A DNA stretch of 64,000 nucleotides from Felis catus (taxonomy: Eukaryota), in the NCBI RefSeq assembly GCF_018350175.1, contig NC_058368.1, forward strand, positions 117,244,001 through 117,308,000, read 5' to 3'. A program made the translations under genes and the position numbers. Positions 40,578 to 54,459 of this stretch are shown in pieces. The notes under the pieces are model-generated. The model worked only from the letters and a program-made list of their open reading frames with translations, did not search any database and was not told the origin of the DNA. Position 1 is the stretch's first letter, and every line of letters begins with the position of its first letter.

Positions 40578-41377
40578 GCATCTATATATTACATCAGGGC
40601 AAAGAAAATACATAAACAAAGAGGGAATTACATAATGATTAAAAGACCAATCCACTAGTAAGGCATAACAATTCTAAATGTGTATGTACTAAACAATAGG
40701 CTCCTGAATACAATAAACAAAAACTGAGAGATGAAATGAGAACCCAACATACCAATACTTTAAGACATCAATACCTTACTCTCAGTAATGGGTAGAATTA
40801 CTAGGCAGAAGATCAGCAAGGATACAGAACAAGTGACCACTACACTCAATCAACAGTAATACTTAGTAATACGTAGGAAACACTTCACCCAAAGCAGTGG
40901 AAAAAACATTTTTTTCAAGCGCTTCACTGGACATTCACCAAGAAAGATGCTATCTTGGGCCATAAAATAAACCACAACAGATTTAAAGGACTGAAATCAG
41001 AGCATGTTCTCTAACCATAATGGAATCAAACTATAAATCAATAACAGGTAACAGGAAAATATCCAAACATTTGAAACTAAAGAACTACTTCTAAGTAAAC
41101 TGTGAATCAAAGAGGAAGTCTCAAGAGAAAATTTTAAGATACACAGAACTAAATGAAAATGTAAGCACAACACATAAAAATATATGGGGTGCAGCTACAA
41201 CAATGCTGACAGTTAAAGTGACAGCCCCAAGTTTATAGCAGAAAAGATCACAAGTCAATAGTCCCATTTTCTATCTCAAGAAACTAGAAAAAGAGCAAAA
41301 CAAATCCAAAGCAAGCAGAAGGAATGAAATAAAAAACATAAGAGCAGAAATCAATAAAAATGAAAATAGAGAAAAAC

Positions 41378-41605
41378 AGGGGCGCCTGGGTGGCGCAGTC
41401 GGTTAAGCGTCCGACTTCAGCCAGGTCACGATCTCGCGGTCTGTGAGTTCGAGCCCCGCGTCAGGCTCTGGGCTGATGGCTCGGAGCCTGGAGCCTGTTT
41501 CCGATTCTGTGTCTCCCTCTCTCTCTGCCCCTCCCCCGTTCATGCTCTGTCTCTCTCTGTCCCAAAAATAAATAAAAATGTTGAAAAAAAATTAAAAAAA
41601 AAAAA
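41378..41605 (+). mobile_element. Young SINEC_Fc
   Basis: CpG-intact head, long A-tail, TSD agagaaaaac. Confidence 0.95.
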
Positions 41606-42144
41606 GAGAAAAACCAATGACTCAAAAAGCTGCTTGAAAAACATCAATTAAATAGGTAAACATCCAGAAAGACTGACAAAGATAAAAAGGGAGCCCTATA
41701 TTACCAATATGAGGAATAAAATAGATTATCACTAGAGGTCCTGCTACCAATGAAAGCATAGTAACGGAATACCACAAACAACTCTGTACTCATGAAATGG
41801 ACAATTTACAAGAGATGGACCTATTCCTCAAAAGCTACCATCTATCAAAACTCAACCAAGATGAAATAAATAACCTGAATACTCCTGAAACCATTTTAAC
41901 AATTGAATTCAAAATTAAAAGGCTCCTGAAAAAAAAGGTGGTTCAGAAGATTTCACTAGAAACTTCTTTAACACATTTAAAGAAAAATGAATGCCAATTT
42001 AATATAATGTCTTCCAGAAAATAGAAGACGTGACACTTTCTACTTCACTTTATGAATGCCAATGAATTGTTTATTTTAGTTATTTTTATGTTATGTGAAT
42101 TTCACCTCAATAAAAAATTGGTAATTAAGATGTGTAAAATCACA

Positions 42145-42366
42145 GGGGCACCTGAGTAACTCAGTCAGTTAAGCATCTGACTTCAGCTCCGGTCATGATC
42201 TCGCCATTCCCAAGTTTGAGCCCTGCACCAGGCTCTGTGCTGACAGCTCAGAGCCTGGAGCCTGTTTCAGATTCTGTGTTTCCCTCTCTGTCTCTGCTTC
42301 TCCCCCACTCATGAGCGCACGCTCTCTCTCTCAAAAATAAACATTACAAAAATTGTTTAAAAAAAA
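42145..42366 (+). mobile_element. CAN-SINE
   Basis: TSD aagatgtgtaaaatcaca / aagatacgtaaaatcaca. Confidence 0.92.
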
Positions 42367-42584
42367 GATACGTAAAATCACAAATTATATCAGTGAAATG
42401 TGAATATGGGTTGTTTATTAGCTAACAGTATTCTATTGATAATTGACTTCCTAAATGTGATAATTGCAGTGTGGTTATGAAAAAGAATATTCTTCTGTGT
42501 GGGAAGGGAATACTCAAGAATTTAGTTGTAAAGGGCCATGATGTCAGTACTTTATTTCAATGTGTTCAGTTTAAAAAAAAAAGG

Positions 42585-43030
42585 AAAGTGTTCACAGCAC
42601 CATTATCCACAACAGCCAAAATGTGGTAACAATGCAATGTCCATCAACTGATGAATGTAAAAACAAAATGTGGTATATCTAAAAAGAACAGACTATTTTT
42701 CAGCCATAATCTGGAATGAAAAACTGATACATGCTACAACATGGGTCAACCTTGACAACATTATTAGTGAAAAGGCCAGACACAAAAGGGAAAATATTAT
42801 TGCACATACACAAAATGTCTAGAAAAGACAAATCCATACAGACACAAGCCAGATTAGAGATTAACCAAGTTGGGGGAAGAGGAGGTGAGGAGTGACTGCC
42901 AATGAATTCAGGGTTTCTTTTGTGTGTGTGATGAGAATGTTCCAGAATGAGACAGCAGCAGAGGTGTACAACTCTGTGATATACAAAAAAAACCCACAGA
43001 ATTGTACACTTTTAAGATGAATTTTTTTGT
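42585..43030 (+). mobile_element. Old L1M 3' fragment
   Basis: tgttcacagcaccatta...tgtccatcaactgatgaatg...tgatacatgctacaacatgg. Confidence 0.75.
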
Positions 43031-43059
43031 TTGAAAGTTCTTAATGTTTTATTTTTTTA

Positions 43060-43312
43060 AATTTTAAATATTTATTTTTGAGAGAGAGCACACATGTGCT
43101 TGCTTGTGCGCACGCCTCAGTGGGGGAGGGGCAGAGAGAGAGGGAGACACAGAATCTGAGACAGGCTCCAGGCTTTGAGCTGTCAGCACAGAGCCCAATG
43201 CAGGGCTCGAACCCACAAACTGTGAGATTATGACCTGAGCTGAAGTCAGACACAAGTTCATGACCTGAGTGGAGTTCGGAGGCTTAACTGACTGAACCAC
43301 CCAGGTGCCCCC
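43060..43312 (-). mobile_element. CAN-SINE with internal duplication
   Basis: atgacctgag occurs twice (~43230 and ~43260). TSD taatgtttta. Confidence 0.9.
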
Positions 43313-43430
43313 TAATGTTTTAATTTTTAAAAGCAAATTTTGGCTATAAAAAGGATAAATTTCATTAGCTGGAAAATCTCTTCACCAAGACCGACATCTT
43401 GAAGGTAATCAATACAGAAATGCTTTTATG

Positions 43431-43625
43431 TGGCACCTGGGTAGCTCAGTCGGTTAAGTGTCCAACTTTGGCTCAGGTCATGATCTCACCATCTGTGAGT
43501 TCAAACCCCACGTCAGGCTCTGTGCTGACAGCTCAGAGCATGGAGCCTGCTTCAGAATCTGTGTCTCCCTCTCTCTCTGCCCCCTTCGCCACGCATGCTC
43601 TCTCGCTCTCAAAAATAAAAACAGA
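43431..43625 (+). mobile_element. CAN-SINE
   Basis: Head ggcacctgggtagctcagtcgg. TSD agaaatgctttta / gaaaatgctttta. Confidence 0.9.
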
Positions 43626-44079
43626 AAAAGAAAATGCTTTTATAATGATTTAGAAGTAATCTTGTCTGATACCTTTGACGGTTTACTAGTAAGTGAAGCA
43701 GCCCGTGTTTCTTGATTTTTCTCTGCTTCATTTTAACCACAGATGGTTTTGGCTGGTAGTGCAAAGGGAGAGAGGGACATACCAACATAGTAATAAGTCT
43801 GAGGAGGTTAGTCTCAAAGGAGAGGCAACACACATGCTAACCCTCTGACCAGTTGTTCTAGGTGAATTATTTTGTGTGATAAGAAGATGTCTAGGGTCCC
43901 TTTAACTTGAAGGATCTATATCTGCCTGCTTGATTTAGCTTAATTTTCTTGTTTTAAATGACTATTTAGTCTTAAATAGTATCCTTTTAAATATATTTCT
44001 TTAGGTTCGGTTCTTCAGAATGCATATGATACCAGGGCATTCTTTGAACCATCATTTCAGTCATAGAGAATGGCTTATC

Positions 44080-44300
44080 TTTACAAAAGTCCCTGGGTTA
44101 GCCTGGGCTGTGGCCCAGAGAGCGGTCTACCACAGTATCTGCTCCCTTTCCACGATGTGGAGATTTTGTCCTGGGAAATGATGGCCCAGGTAGGGACCAT
44201 ATTTCCCAGCCCATCTTCATCTGGGAGTGACCATATGATTAATTCTCATCAATGGAGTATGGGCGAAGTGATGTATATGGATTCTAAGCCAGGACTTTTT
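44080..44300 (+). mobile_element. MLT1 (MaLR) LTR fragment
   Basis: accatatttcccagcc...gtgaccatatgattaattctc...aatgga...gaagtgatgt. Confidence 0.55.
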
Positions 44301-44533
44301 TTTGCGGGGGAGGGCTACAAATTAAAATTTATTTCTTGCTTTAAGGGTGAATCTTCTGGTATATGAATTACACTTCAGAATATATATACACACACACATA
44401 TATAAATACATATATATAATGGACTACAGACCTAAATGGAAAACCTAAAACTATTAACTTCTAGAAGAAATTGGAAAAATGTTACCAATTTTGGGGTAGG
44501 CATGGATTCTTAAAAACACAAGAGTACCAACCA

Positions 44534-45054
44534 TGTGGTGTGCAGTATCTTAAGTGGGCCCCCTTCTTAGTGCACACACCCCGTATAACCCTTCTCCTTG
44601 AGTGTAAGTGGGCCTGAACTACTCTAGTAAGCCCTTTTACAGAACAGTTTAGAGGTCAGAGACAAGCAAAGTCAGATTCAAAGCTGCAGCAGATGCTCTC
44701 CGGCTGTCCTTGAAGAAGCAAACCCTGTGCTGTGGAGATGACCTTGTGGGAGGAAATGATGAGCAGCCTTTAGAAGCTGACAACAGCCCTTAGCTGATGA
44801 CCAGCAAGAAAACAGGTATCTATGCCCTACAATTACGAGGAACTGGATTCAGCCAAATGACACACAAGCTTGGAAGAGGACACTGAGCTCCAGAAAGCAG
44901 TGCAGCCCAGCTGGAACCCTGATTTCAGTTTGGAGTGACCATGAGCAGAGGATCCAGCTAACCTGGATTCCAGATCCATGGAAACTGCAGGGTGATAAAC
45001 TTATGTTGGTTTAAGTTTGTTGTAATTTCTTATAAAGCAACAGGAAATGATACA
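44534..45054 (+). mobile_element. MLT1 (MaLR) LTR
   Basis: tgtggtgtgcag...ccttctccttgagtgt...gaagaagcaa...gccagcaagaaaac-like...gtaatttctta...agcaacaggaaatgataca. Confidence 0.75.
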
Positions 45055-46180
45055 TAACATAAAAGAAAAACTTGATAAAGCAGACCATCAAAATTAAAAA
45101 CTTTTGTTCTTTCAAAGATACTGTTAAGGAACAAAACGATAAGCTACAGCTTGGGAGAAAATATTTGCAAAACATATATCTGATAAAGGACTAGTATCCA
45201 CAACATATTAAAAAACTCTCATGATTCAATCATAAGAAAACCCATTTTTTTAAATGGGCAAAATATCTGGAGAGAGACTTCAGCAACGAAGACATACACA
45301 GGGAAAGATGCTCATCATCATTATTAGGAATATGTACTAGGAATTCTATCAATTAGAAATTAAAATTACAATGCCTAAGGGGCACCTAGCTGGCTCAGTT
45401 GGTGGAGCATGTGGCTACTGATCTCGGGGTTGTTAATTTCGAGCCCCATTCTGGGTGTAGAGATTACTTAAAAAAAAATAAAATCTTAACAACAGCAACA
45501 TTCAATGCCTAACCCACTAGAATCACTAAAAATAAAAAACAAAACTGATGAAACTAAGTGCTGGTAAGGATGCAAAGTATCTGCAACTCTCGTACATTGC
45601 TGATGAAAATGAAAAAAAATGGTACAGCCACTTTGAAAACAGTTTGGAAGTTTCTTATACAATTAAACATATATTTATTTTAACAAATGACCCAATGATC
45701 CCATTCCTAGGTATTTGTCCAAGAAAAATGAAAACATATTATGTCCAGACAAAATATTGCATGCAAATGTTTCTACTGGCTTTCCTCATAACTGCCCCAA
45801 ACTGGACTCAACCCAAACGTCCATCAACCAGTGAATGGATATAATGGAATACTACTTGGCATGCTACTTGTATGCACAAACCTATACCTCACATACATTT
45901 TGCTAAGTGAAAAAATCCAAGCTCAAAAGGTTACTTAATATATGTTCCATTTATGATATTCTGGAAAAGATAAAACCGGAGAAAGAGGAATCAGGTCAGT
46001 AGTTTCCAGGGCTTGGTGGTGAGGACAAGGGATAGATAAATGCGCAGAAGGGAACTTTCTGAAGTGATTAAGGTGTTCTCTATCTTGACTGTGGTGGTTA
46101 CATGGCTGCATACATTTGTCAAAATTCAAAGAAGGGTAAATTTTACTATATGCAAATTGTACCTCAATAAGCCTGGCTAA
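45055..46180 (+). mobile_element. Old L1M ORF2 end and 3' UTR, with a short SINE at 45379-45488
   Basis: gggagaaaatatttgcaaaacatatatctgataaagg; PKRPSTSEWI remnant; gtacctcaataa end. Confidence 0.75.
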
Positions 46181-46379
46181 GCAAATTATATCTTTAAGGT
46201 CAATAAAATACAGTAGCCTAAAGCTATAGTAATTCTAACCAAGTAATAGTGAAAGAACATTCGAAGAGAAAAAGGAAAAATAGACACAAACATTTAGCAT
46301 ATGCCAAAGTAGAAACTCAAATCAAAGAAAAAAGAAAGGTGTAAAACAGAGGTTGATACACTTTTTTTCTTAATTGACC

Positions 46380-46550
46380 AGGAATTAATTATTTTAGGTA
46401 TTTAAGTTTCTGATTCAGTTACTCAACTCAGCTAGTGTAATATGAAAGAAGACACAGGCAGTATGTAATGAAATGGACATAGCTGTGTTCAAACAAAACT
46501 TTACTAACAGAAATGGGTTGGGCACAGTTTGCTGACTTCTGGTCTAAGCA
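46380..46550. mobile_element. MER58-like hAT element
   Basis: attattttagg...actcaactc...gctgtgttcaaacaaaactttact...cagtttgctgac. Confidence 0.55.
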
Positions 46551-46763
46551 AGTGTTGGAAGAACTGGCTTTCCGTTTTGAGGGAAAATCGTTAGATCCTA
46601 ACTTTATGCTGCACACAAAAATAAATTCTAGACATATTAAACAGCTAAATGTTGAAAATTAAAAAACAACACAATTTTAAAAACTTTTCTAAAAACGACA
46701 CAAAATCAAGATGGTATCATGTAAAAGACAAACTGGTTTGATTACAAAACCTTTTCATTTCTT

Positions 46764-46984
46764 TTTTAAAATTTTTTTTTTCAACGTTTATTTATTTTTG
46801 GGACAGAGAGAGACAGAGCATGAACGGGGGAGGAGCAGAGAGAGAGGGAGACACAGAATCGGAAACAGGCTCCAGGCTCTGAGCCATCAGCCCAGAGCCT
46901 GACGCGGGGCTCGAACTCACGGACCGCGAGATCGTGACCTGGCTGAAGTCGGACGCTTAACCGAATGCGCCACCCAGGCGCCCC
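46764..46984 (-). mobile_element. Young SINEC_Fc
   Basis: CpG-intact. Perfect TSD aaaaccttttcatttctt (46746-46763 / 46985-47002). Confidence 0.96.
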
Positions 46985-47700
46985 AAAACCTTTTCATTTC
47001 TTAATGTGGTAAAAACTGCCATATAACATATGAAAGAAATGAGAATTTCCATTTCCAGTAATGATGCCAAGTGTCCCACGAAAAACATCTACAAGTGCCG
47101 GTGTAACATTTAAAAAACCACCTTATTACTTGGAAGAAGTAACAAGATAGTGATGAAGGTAACCAAAACACTCTATGATGGATTTGCACAAGGGTGAACA
47201 GGGATTAAAGTTTAGTTTCTGCCCAAAGCCGGGAATCTCAAATGAGACTCTCTCCGCAGGAGCTGAGAACTCAAAATTTTGGCTGCATCTTGAATAAAGG
47301 TGAATACAACAGGTTCACAAGTAAAAGCCCTAGAAAGCCTGAAGTCTAGGAACAGGGCAAATAAATGCAGAAAGAAAAATATTAAAAATAACAAAACAAA
47401 ACCCTCACACATACAGGACATAAAATGGAGTGCTAAATGTGACATTCACTGGCACTGAACCTGAAAGCAAAATAAAGTGCCAAAAGTGGAAAAAAAAAAA
47501 AAAAAAAGATGGAACATTTGAAAGAAAAACAGATGTGAGTTTTCCAAAAGTGATGAAAGATTTCAACACAGAATCAAGATGCTCAGAGAATCCCCAAGAA
47601 TAATATAAGAACAACAAGGCATATGATCACAATAAGAACTGCTAAAACCAAGAGTAAAAAAAATTCTCGAAGTAGCAGGGGTTGAACATATTACCTTCAA

Positions 47701-47922
47701 ATTTTTTTTTTTTTACGTTTATTTATTTTTGACAGAGACAGAGACAGAGACAGAACGCAAGTGGGTTAGGGGCAGAGAGAGAGGGAGACACAGAAGCAGA
47801 AGCAGGCTCCGGGCTCTGAGCTGTCAGCACAGAGCCCGACGCGGGGCTCAAACTCACGAGCTGTGAGATCATGACCTGAGCCGAAATCAGATGCTCAACC
47901 GACTGAGCCACCCAGGCGCCCC
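47701..47922 (-). mobile_element. Feline CAN-SINE
   Basis: Perfect TSD tgaacatattaccttcaaa (47682-47700 / 47923-47941). Confidence 0.95.
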
Positions 47923-48189
47923 TGAACATATTACCTTCAAATGAACAAGAGTAACAATGACGGTGGAGCTGTTTTAACAAAAAAGAAAAAGCAAAAAATA
48001 TCCTTCAAAAATATAGGTGAAATCAAGATATATCCAGACAAAAACAGAATTTATTATAGTAGACTTGAACTAAAGTAAATATTAAGGGGAATATTTATTT
48101 ATGCAGAAGATAAAAATTATCACAAAAAGAAACACAGAAATGTAGGTAGGAATGAAAAACAGTAGATAAGTGTTTGTAAGTGAGTATCA

Positions 48190-48403
48190 GGGCACCTGGG
48201 TGGTTCAGTCGGTTAAGCATCTGACTTTGGCTCAGGTCATGATCTCATGGTTCGTGGGTTCAAGCTCTGCATCTGGTTCTGTGCTGACAGCTCAGAGCCT
48301 GGAGCCTGTTTCAGTTTCCATGTCTCCCTCTCTCTCTCTCTCTTTCTGCCCCTCCCCTGCTCGCGCTTTGTCTCTCTCCGTCTCAAAAATAAATAAACAC
48401 TTT
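48190..48403 (+). mobile_element. CAN-SINE
   Basis: gggcacctgggtggttcagtcgg head, TSD taagtgagtatca / taagtgaatatca. Confidence 0.9.
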
Positions 48404-49917
48404 TAAGTGAATATCAATATTACAGAATAATAGTAAAAAATGTTTGTGGAGCCTAAAACATGTAGAATTAAAATACGTGACCTCAATGACTCAAAAAGAA
48501 GGAATGTCGTAGAGTTACAATGCTGTAAAATTCTAGCATTATCTGGAAGGTGTTAAAAGTCATAATTTGAATTAGATTGTAATAAGTCAAGCATGCATGT
48601 GCAATTTCTAATGTACCCATTAAAACACAGTAAAAACTGTATAACTAAGAATAGAATATATGTGAAATAAAAAGTTTTAAATGAATCTTTAAGAAGATAA
48701 AAACAGAAAAAAAACCTGAAAAAATCAAACAAAACAAATAGCAATATAGTATATATAAATTCAAATGAATTAATTACTTGGCAATGAAAAGACTAAGATC
48801 ATCACACTGTATTTACAAAACATACACACTAAATAGGTGCTGCTTACAAGGGATATACTTTAAATAAAGACACAAATGTTAAGGTAAATAGTGGAAAAAG
48901 ATATACCAAACAAAAAACTGTTGTAGTTATATTAATATCAGACAAAGATTTCATCTCTAATAGTGCGATTGGCTTGAACAGACACATTTCAAAACAATAA
49001 AGAGTCTACAAGGAATCTAATTCTAAATCTAAATATATCCAATAATTTAGTTCCAAAATAAATGAAGTAAAAATTGACTGAAAGAAGAAAGGGCAAATCC
49101 AAAGCCACTGAGGAAGAATTAAGACCTTTTGTACAGAAACTAATAAAACAAACAGACAAAAACTTGCAAAGTATATAGAAATTCTGAACACACCTAACAA
49201 ACCTGACCTCATTGATATATTAGAACAATGCATACAACAATGGAAAACTACACCTTTTTTACATATGCACACATAGCACATTTATGAATTTCACCACATG
49301 CTGGGTAAAAGCAAGCATCAACAAATTTTAAAGGGTAGAAATCTTTCAAAGTATGTTCTCTGACCACAATAGTTTTAACTTGGAAATCAGTAAAAAAGAT
49401 AATAAGAAAATTCCCAACTATTTGATATTGAATAAATATCCAAATAATTCTGAACTCAGGTAAGAAATCACATTAGAAATTAGAAAATATTTTGAACAGA
49501 ATGAAATCAGCATATAAGAGAACAGACAGGATAAATAGAAAGTACAAAATAAGATGGCAGATTTACACCCAACATTTCCATAATTATATGAAGTATACAT
49601 GGACTATACGCTTCAGTTAAGACCAATATTGTCAACTGGAGTGAAAAAAGAAAAAAAAAAAAAGAAACAGTCCAAGAGTATGCTGTTTTATAAAAAGAAA
49701 AATCAGAAACGCAGTATAATGATAAAAGTTTATCAGGGAAATATAAGAATTTTGAATTTCTATGTACCCAAATAACATAACACATTTATATACTAAAATA
49801 TATAAAGCACAAAAAATATATATAATCTGATTCTAATCACGAGGACACATTAGACAAACCCAAACTGAGGGAAATTTTACACATTCACTGGTATGTACTC
49901 TTAAAAAATGTCAAGGT

Positions 49918-51320
49918 TGACACAAACAAATGGAAATATATACAATGCTCATGGATGGGACGAATTAATATTGTTAAAATATCTACACTACCAAAAGCAA
50001 TCTACAGATTCAATGCAATCTCTATTAAAATACAAGTAGACAAGTAGAACAAATAATCCTTAAATTTGTATGAAACCACAAAAGACCCTCAAGAGCCAAA
50101 GCAATTTTCAGTAAGAATGAAGCTGGAGGTATCATAATCCCAGATTTCAAGATATAATAAAAATAGTATAGTAGTGGCACAAAATTAGACACATTGATCA
50201 AGGAACACAACAGACAGCCTGGAAATAAACACACATTCAGAGGGTCGATGAATCTATGACAAAGGAGGCAAGAATATACAATGGGGAAAAGACAGTTCAT
50301 CAATAAATGATGTGAGAAAGCTGGAAAGCCACATGCAAAATAATGAAAGTGCACCAATTTCTGAACACCATACACAAAAACAAACTCAAAATGGATTAAA
50401 AATCTAACTGTGAGACCTGAAACCATAAAACTTCTAGAGGAAAACAGGCAGTAATCTCTTTGACATCATCCTTAGTAACTTTTTTCTAGGTAGGTCTCCT
50501 GAGACAAGTGAAACCAAAGCAAAAATAAGCTACCAGGACTATGCCACACTTAAAAGCTTTTGCATAGCAAAAAGGCAACCTACTGAATGTGAGAAGATAT
50601 TTGAAAGTGAGATTATCTCAGAAGGGTTAATACCCAATATATATAAAGATTTTATACAACTCAACACCAAAAAACCCCAAATAATATATAACTGGGCAGA
50701 AGACCTGAATAGGTATTTTTCCAAAGAAGACATACAGATGACTAACAATACATGAACAGATGCTCAATATTGCTAAATCATGAGGAAAATGCAAATTAAA
50801 ACCACAATGAGGTGTCACCTTATATGTGTCACAAGGACTAAAATCAAAGAGACAAGAAATAACAAGCATTGGCAAAGATGTGGAGAAAAAGGAACCCTCA
50901 TACATGGCTGGTGAGAATGTAAATTGGTGTAGCCACTGTGGAAAATAGTATGGAGGTACCTCAAAAAAATTAAACACGGAAATAACATATGATCCAGTAT
51001 TTTCACTACTGTATCTACCCAAAGAAAACAGAAACACTATTTCAAAAAGATATACACACCCCTATGTTTATTGTAGCATTATTTACAATAGCCAAGATAT
51101 GGAAGCAACCCAGTGTCCATCCATAGATGAATGGGTAAAAAAGATGTGGCATATATACACAATGGAATACTACTCAACCATAAAAAAAGAATGAAATCTT
51201 GTTATTTATGACAACATGGATGGACCTAGAGAGTATTATGCTAAGTAAAGTAAGTCAGACAGAGAAAGACAAGTACCACATGATTTCACTTATACGTAGA
51301 ATCTAAAAGACAAATGAACA
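49918..51320 (+). mobile_element. 5'-truncated carnivore/eutherian L1 (ORF2 3' part and 3' UTR)
   Basis: gacacaaacaaatggaaatatatacaatgctcatggat...aagtcagacagagaaagacaagtacc. Confidence 0.88.
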
Positions 51321-51515
51321 GGGGCACCTGAGTGGCTTAGTTGGTTAGGTGTCCAACTCTTGATTTTAGCTCAGGTCATGATCTCAGGGTAGTGACATCA
51401 AGCCCCCTGTCAGGCTCTGCACTGAGTACAGGCCTGCTGAAGATTCTCTCCCTCTCTCTCTCTGTCTCTCTCTGCCCCCTCCCCCACTCACATGTGCTCT
51501 GAATTTTTTAAAAAA
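51321..51515 (+). mobile_element. CAN-SINE
   Basis: ggggcacctgagtggcttagttgg head. Confidence 0.88.
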
Positions 51516-51644
51516 GAAACAAAAATTCTAAGGATTGGAAACAAGTAACACTCTCATTTGAAAATGGTAATTGTTAATATAAAAAATCTAAAAGAATCTA
51601 TACATTTTGAGGAAGCAAAAAAATGAATTAAAAATATCACTAAA

Positions 51645-53095
51645 CCAGACTTCAAGCTGTATTACAAGGCTGTAATCATCAAGACAGTATGGTACTGGCA
51701 CAAAGACAGACACTCAGATCAATGGAACAGAATAGAGAACCCAGAAATGTTTGTGGAAACATATGGCCAACTAATCTTTGATAAAGCAGGAAAGAATATC
51801 CAATGGAATAAAGACAGTGTTTTCAGCAAATGGTGCTGGGAAAACTGGACAGCAACATGTAGAAAAGTGAACCTTGGCCACTTTCTTACACCATACACAA
51901 AAATAAACTCAAAATGGATGAAAGACCTAAATGTAAGACAGAAAACCATCAAAATCCTTGAGGATAAAGCAGGCAAAAACCTTTTTGACCTTGGCTGCAG
52001 CAACTTTCTACACGTCTCCACAGGCAAGGGAAACAAAAGCAAAAATGAACTGTTGGGACCTCATCAAAATAAGAAGCTTCTGTACAGAGAAGGAAAGAAA
52101 CGATCAGCAAAACTAAAAGACAACCGATGGAATGGGAGAAGATATTTGCAAACGACATTATCACATAAAGGGTTACTATCCAAAATCTATAAAGAACTTA
52201 CCAAAGCCAACACATAAGAAATAATCCAGTGCAGAAATGGGCAAAAGACATGAATAGACGCTTCTCCAAAGAAAAAGACATCCAGATGGCCAACTGACAC
52301 ATGAAAAAATGCTGAACATCACTCACCATCAGAAAATACAAATCAAAACCACAAATGAGATACCACCTCACACTTGTCAGAATAGCTAACATTAACAACT
52401 CAGGCAACAACACGTTGGCGAGGATGCGGAGAAAGAGGATCTCTTTTGCAATGCTAGTGGGAATGCAAACTGGTGCAGCCACTCTGGAAAACAGTATGGA
52501 GTTCCTCAAAAAGTTAAAAACAGAACTACCCTACAATCCAGCAATTGCACTATTAGGTATTTATCCAAGGGATACAGGTATGCTGTTTCGAAGGGACACA
52601 AGCACCCCAATGTTTATAGCAGCACTATCCACAAGAGCCAAAGTATGGAAAGAGCCCAAATGTCATTCGATGGCTGAATGGATAAAGAAGATGTGATATA
52701 TATATATATATACAATGGAATATTACTTGGCAATCAAAAAGAATGAAATCTTGCCATTTGCAACAACGTGGATGGAACTAGAGGGTATTATGCTAAGTGA
52801 AATTAGTCAGAGAAAGACAAATATCATATGACTTCACTCATATAAGGACTTTAAGATACTAAACAGATGAACCTAAGGGAAGGGAAGCAAAAATAATATA
52901 AAAACAGGGAGGGGGATGAAACATAAAAGACTCTTAAATATGGAGAACAAACAGGGTAATGGAGGGGTTGTGGGAGGGGGGATGGGCTAAATGGGTAAGG
53001 GGCATTAAGGCATCTACTCCTGAAATCACTAGCACTATATGCTAACTTTGATGTAAATTAAAGAAATAAATTAAATTAAATGGTAATAAAAAAAA
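51645..53095 (+). mobile_element. 5'-truncated feline L1 (ORF2 3' part, 3' UTR, A-tail)
   Basis: YGQLIFDKAGKNIQWNKDSVFSKWCWENW and MRYHLTLVRIA remnants; feline 3' UTR gggtaaggggcattaagg. Degenerate TSD aaatatcactaaa / aaaatcattaaa. Confidence 0.92.
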
Positions 53096-53243
53096 ATCAT
53101 TAAAAAATGAAGTACCTAAAAAAATTTAATAAAAACCATACAAGAGCTCTATGGATAAAGTATATAATGTTAATGAAAAACATTAAAAATACGTAAGTGA
53201 ATACAAATTTACAGATTCATATATTAAAAGACTTGATACTGTT

Positions 53244-53460
53244 GTGGTGCCTGGGTGGCTTAGTCTGTTAAGCATCCGACTCTTGTTCTTGGCTCAGGTC
53301 ATGATCTCATGGCCCATGAGATCAAGCCCTGCATTGGGCCCTGCGCTGACAGTGTTGAGTCTGCTTGAGATTCTCTCTCCCTCTCCCTGCCTCTCCCCTG
53401 CCTCTGTGCATACACGCTATCTCCCTCTCTCAAAATAAATAAATAAAAATTTTTAAAAAA
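53244..53460 (+). mobile_element. CAN-SINE within an old L1M fragment
   Basis: TSD aaaagacttgatactgtt / aaaagaattgataatgtt. Confidence 0.9.
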
Positions 53461-54459
53461 AGAATTGATAATGTTAAGATGTCAATTCATCCCATATTCA
53501 CTTATAGACTCAGCAGAATAAAAAATCTTTAAGTTGATAAGCTGTTTCTAAAATTTATATGTAAATACAAGGGGCCAAAGGTAGGACATTTTTGGCAAAG
53601 CAGCCGAAGATAGGTTGTATAGACATACACTATAAAGCTGTAATAACCAAGATCATGTGGTATTGGCATCAGGATAGACAAAATACTGAACAGTATAGTC
53701 CAAAATACAGACCCATCCATAGAACAGCACTTGATACAACAGACTGGGCATTTGGGATGACTGGGAAAAGGACACACTTCCCAATAGATGAGACTTGGAA
53801 TTAAGTGTCCACGTGAAAAAAAAAAGTTTGCATCCATAGGCAAATCAATTACATACTAAAAAGCTCAATGTCAAACAAAGGCAAAACTAGAATGACTAAA
53901 GGATTTCTTACACAAGACACAATATGCATTAGCCATAAGGAAAAAGACTGATACATCTAAGCACTTTACATGAAGAACTATTCATCAAGACACCAAAGCG
54001 AAAAGACAGGCTGCAGAGTCAGAGAAGATGCTTGTGATACACCTAAGTGACAAAGGAGTGATATCTAGAATAGATGACCTTTTGTTTGAAATATGATCAT
54101 TTGCAACATTCATGAACTAACAAATCTATGTACTGAGAAGTGACGGCTGTTGATATCATAGAAGGGATGACCAGACATTATATGCTGTCTGAAGAGGAAC
54201 CTAACATCTATTATAAAGAGGTCTTGGCAAAAGACAAATGGAGCCTGATTCTGATTAAACTTCTAGATCCATTTACCAAATTACAGCAAATATAGGGGAC
54301 AGAAACATACAAACTACACTATGGGAATAAAATCACAAAATCCATTATTATGGGAAACTCCGCAGGACAAATAATATAGTTCTCACAACAAATGAATTGC
54401 AAGAAAAATTTTACAAACGGAGAAATTAAGAGAGGCAAAGACATTTAAAAACACAGGTA

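Larger units (their letters stand above)
39290..42120 (+). mobile_element. Older L1M ORF2 region, interrupted by an LTR and SINEs
   Basis: Decayed EN/tether motifs (MDNLQEMDLFLKSYHLSKLNQDEINNLN; ctcaagaaactagaaaaagagcaa). Confidence 0.75.
47350..49800 (+). mobile_element. Very old, fragmented L1M (ORF1 end to ORF2 start)
   Basis: A-rich decayed motifs (attaatatcagacaaa; atgttctctgaccacaat; gaaattagaaaatattttgaac). Confidence 0.55.

Noticed and set aside
43064..43715. Recurring ORFs such as ...VAQSVKCPTLAQVMIS... and ...CADSSEPGACFRFCVSLSL...
   Set aside because: Chance translations of CAN-SINE copies that recur throughout the window, not a protein family.
43320..43800. Minus-strand stretch vaguely resembling a decayed hAT/Charlie transposase (AKTICG...GEEIFQLM)
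   Set aside because: Multiple stops and too little similarity to call by eye. It needs a Dfam or TBLASTN search.
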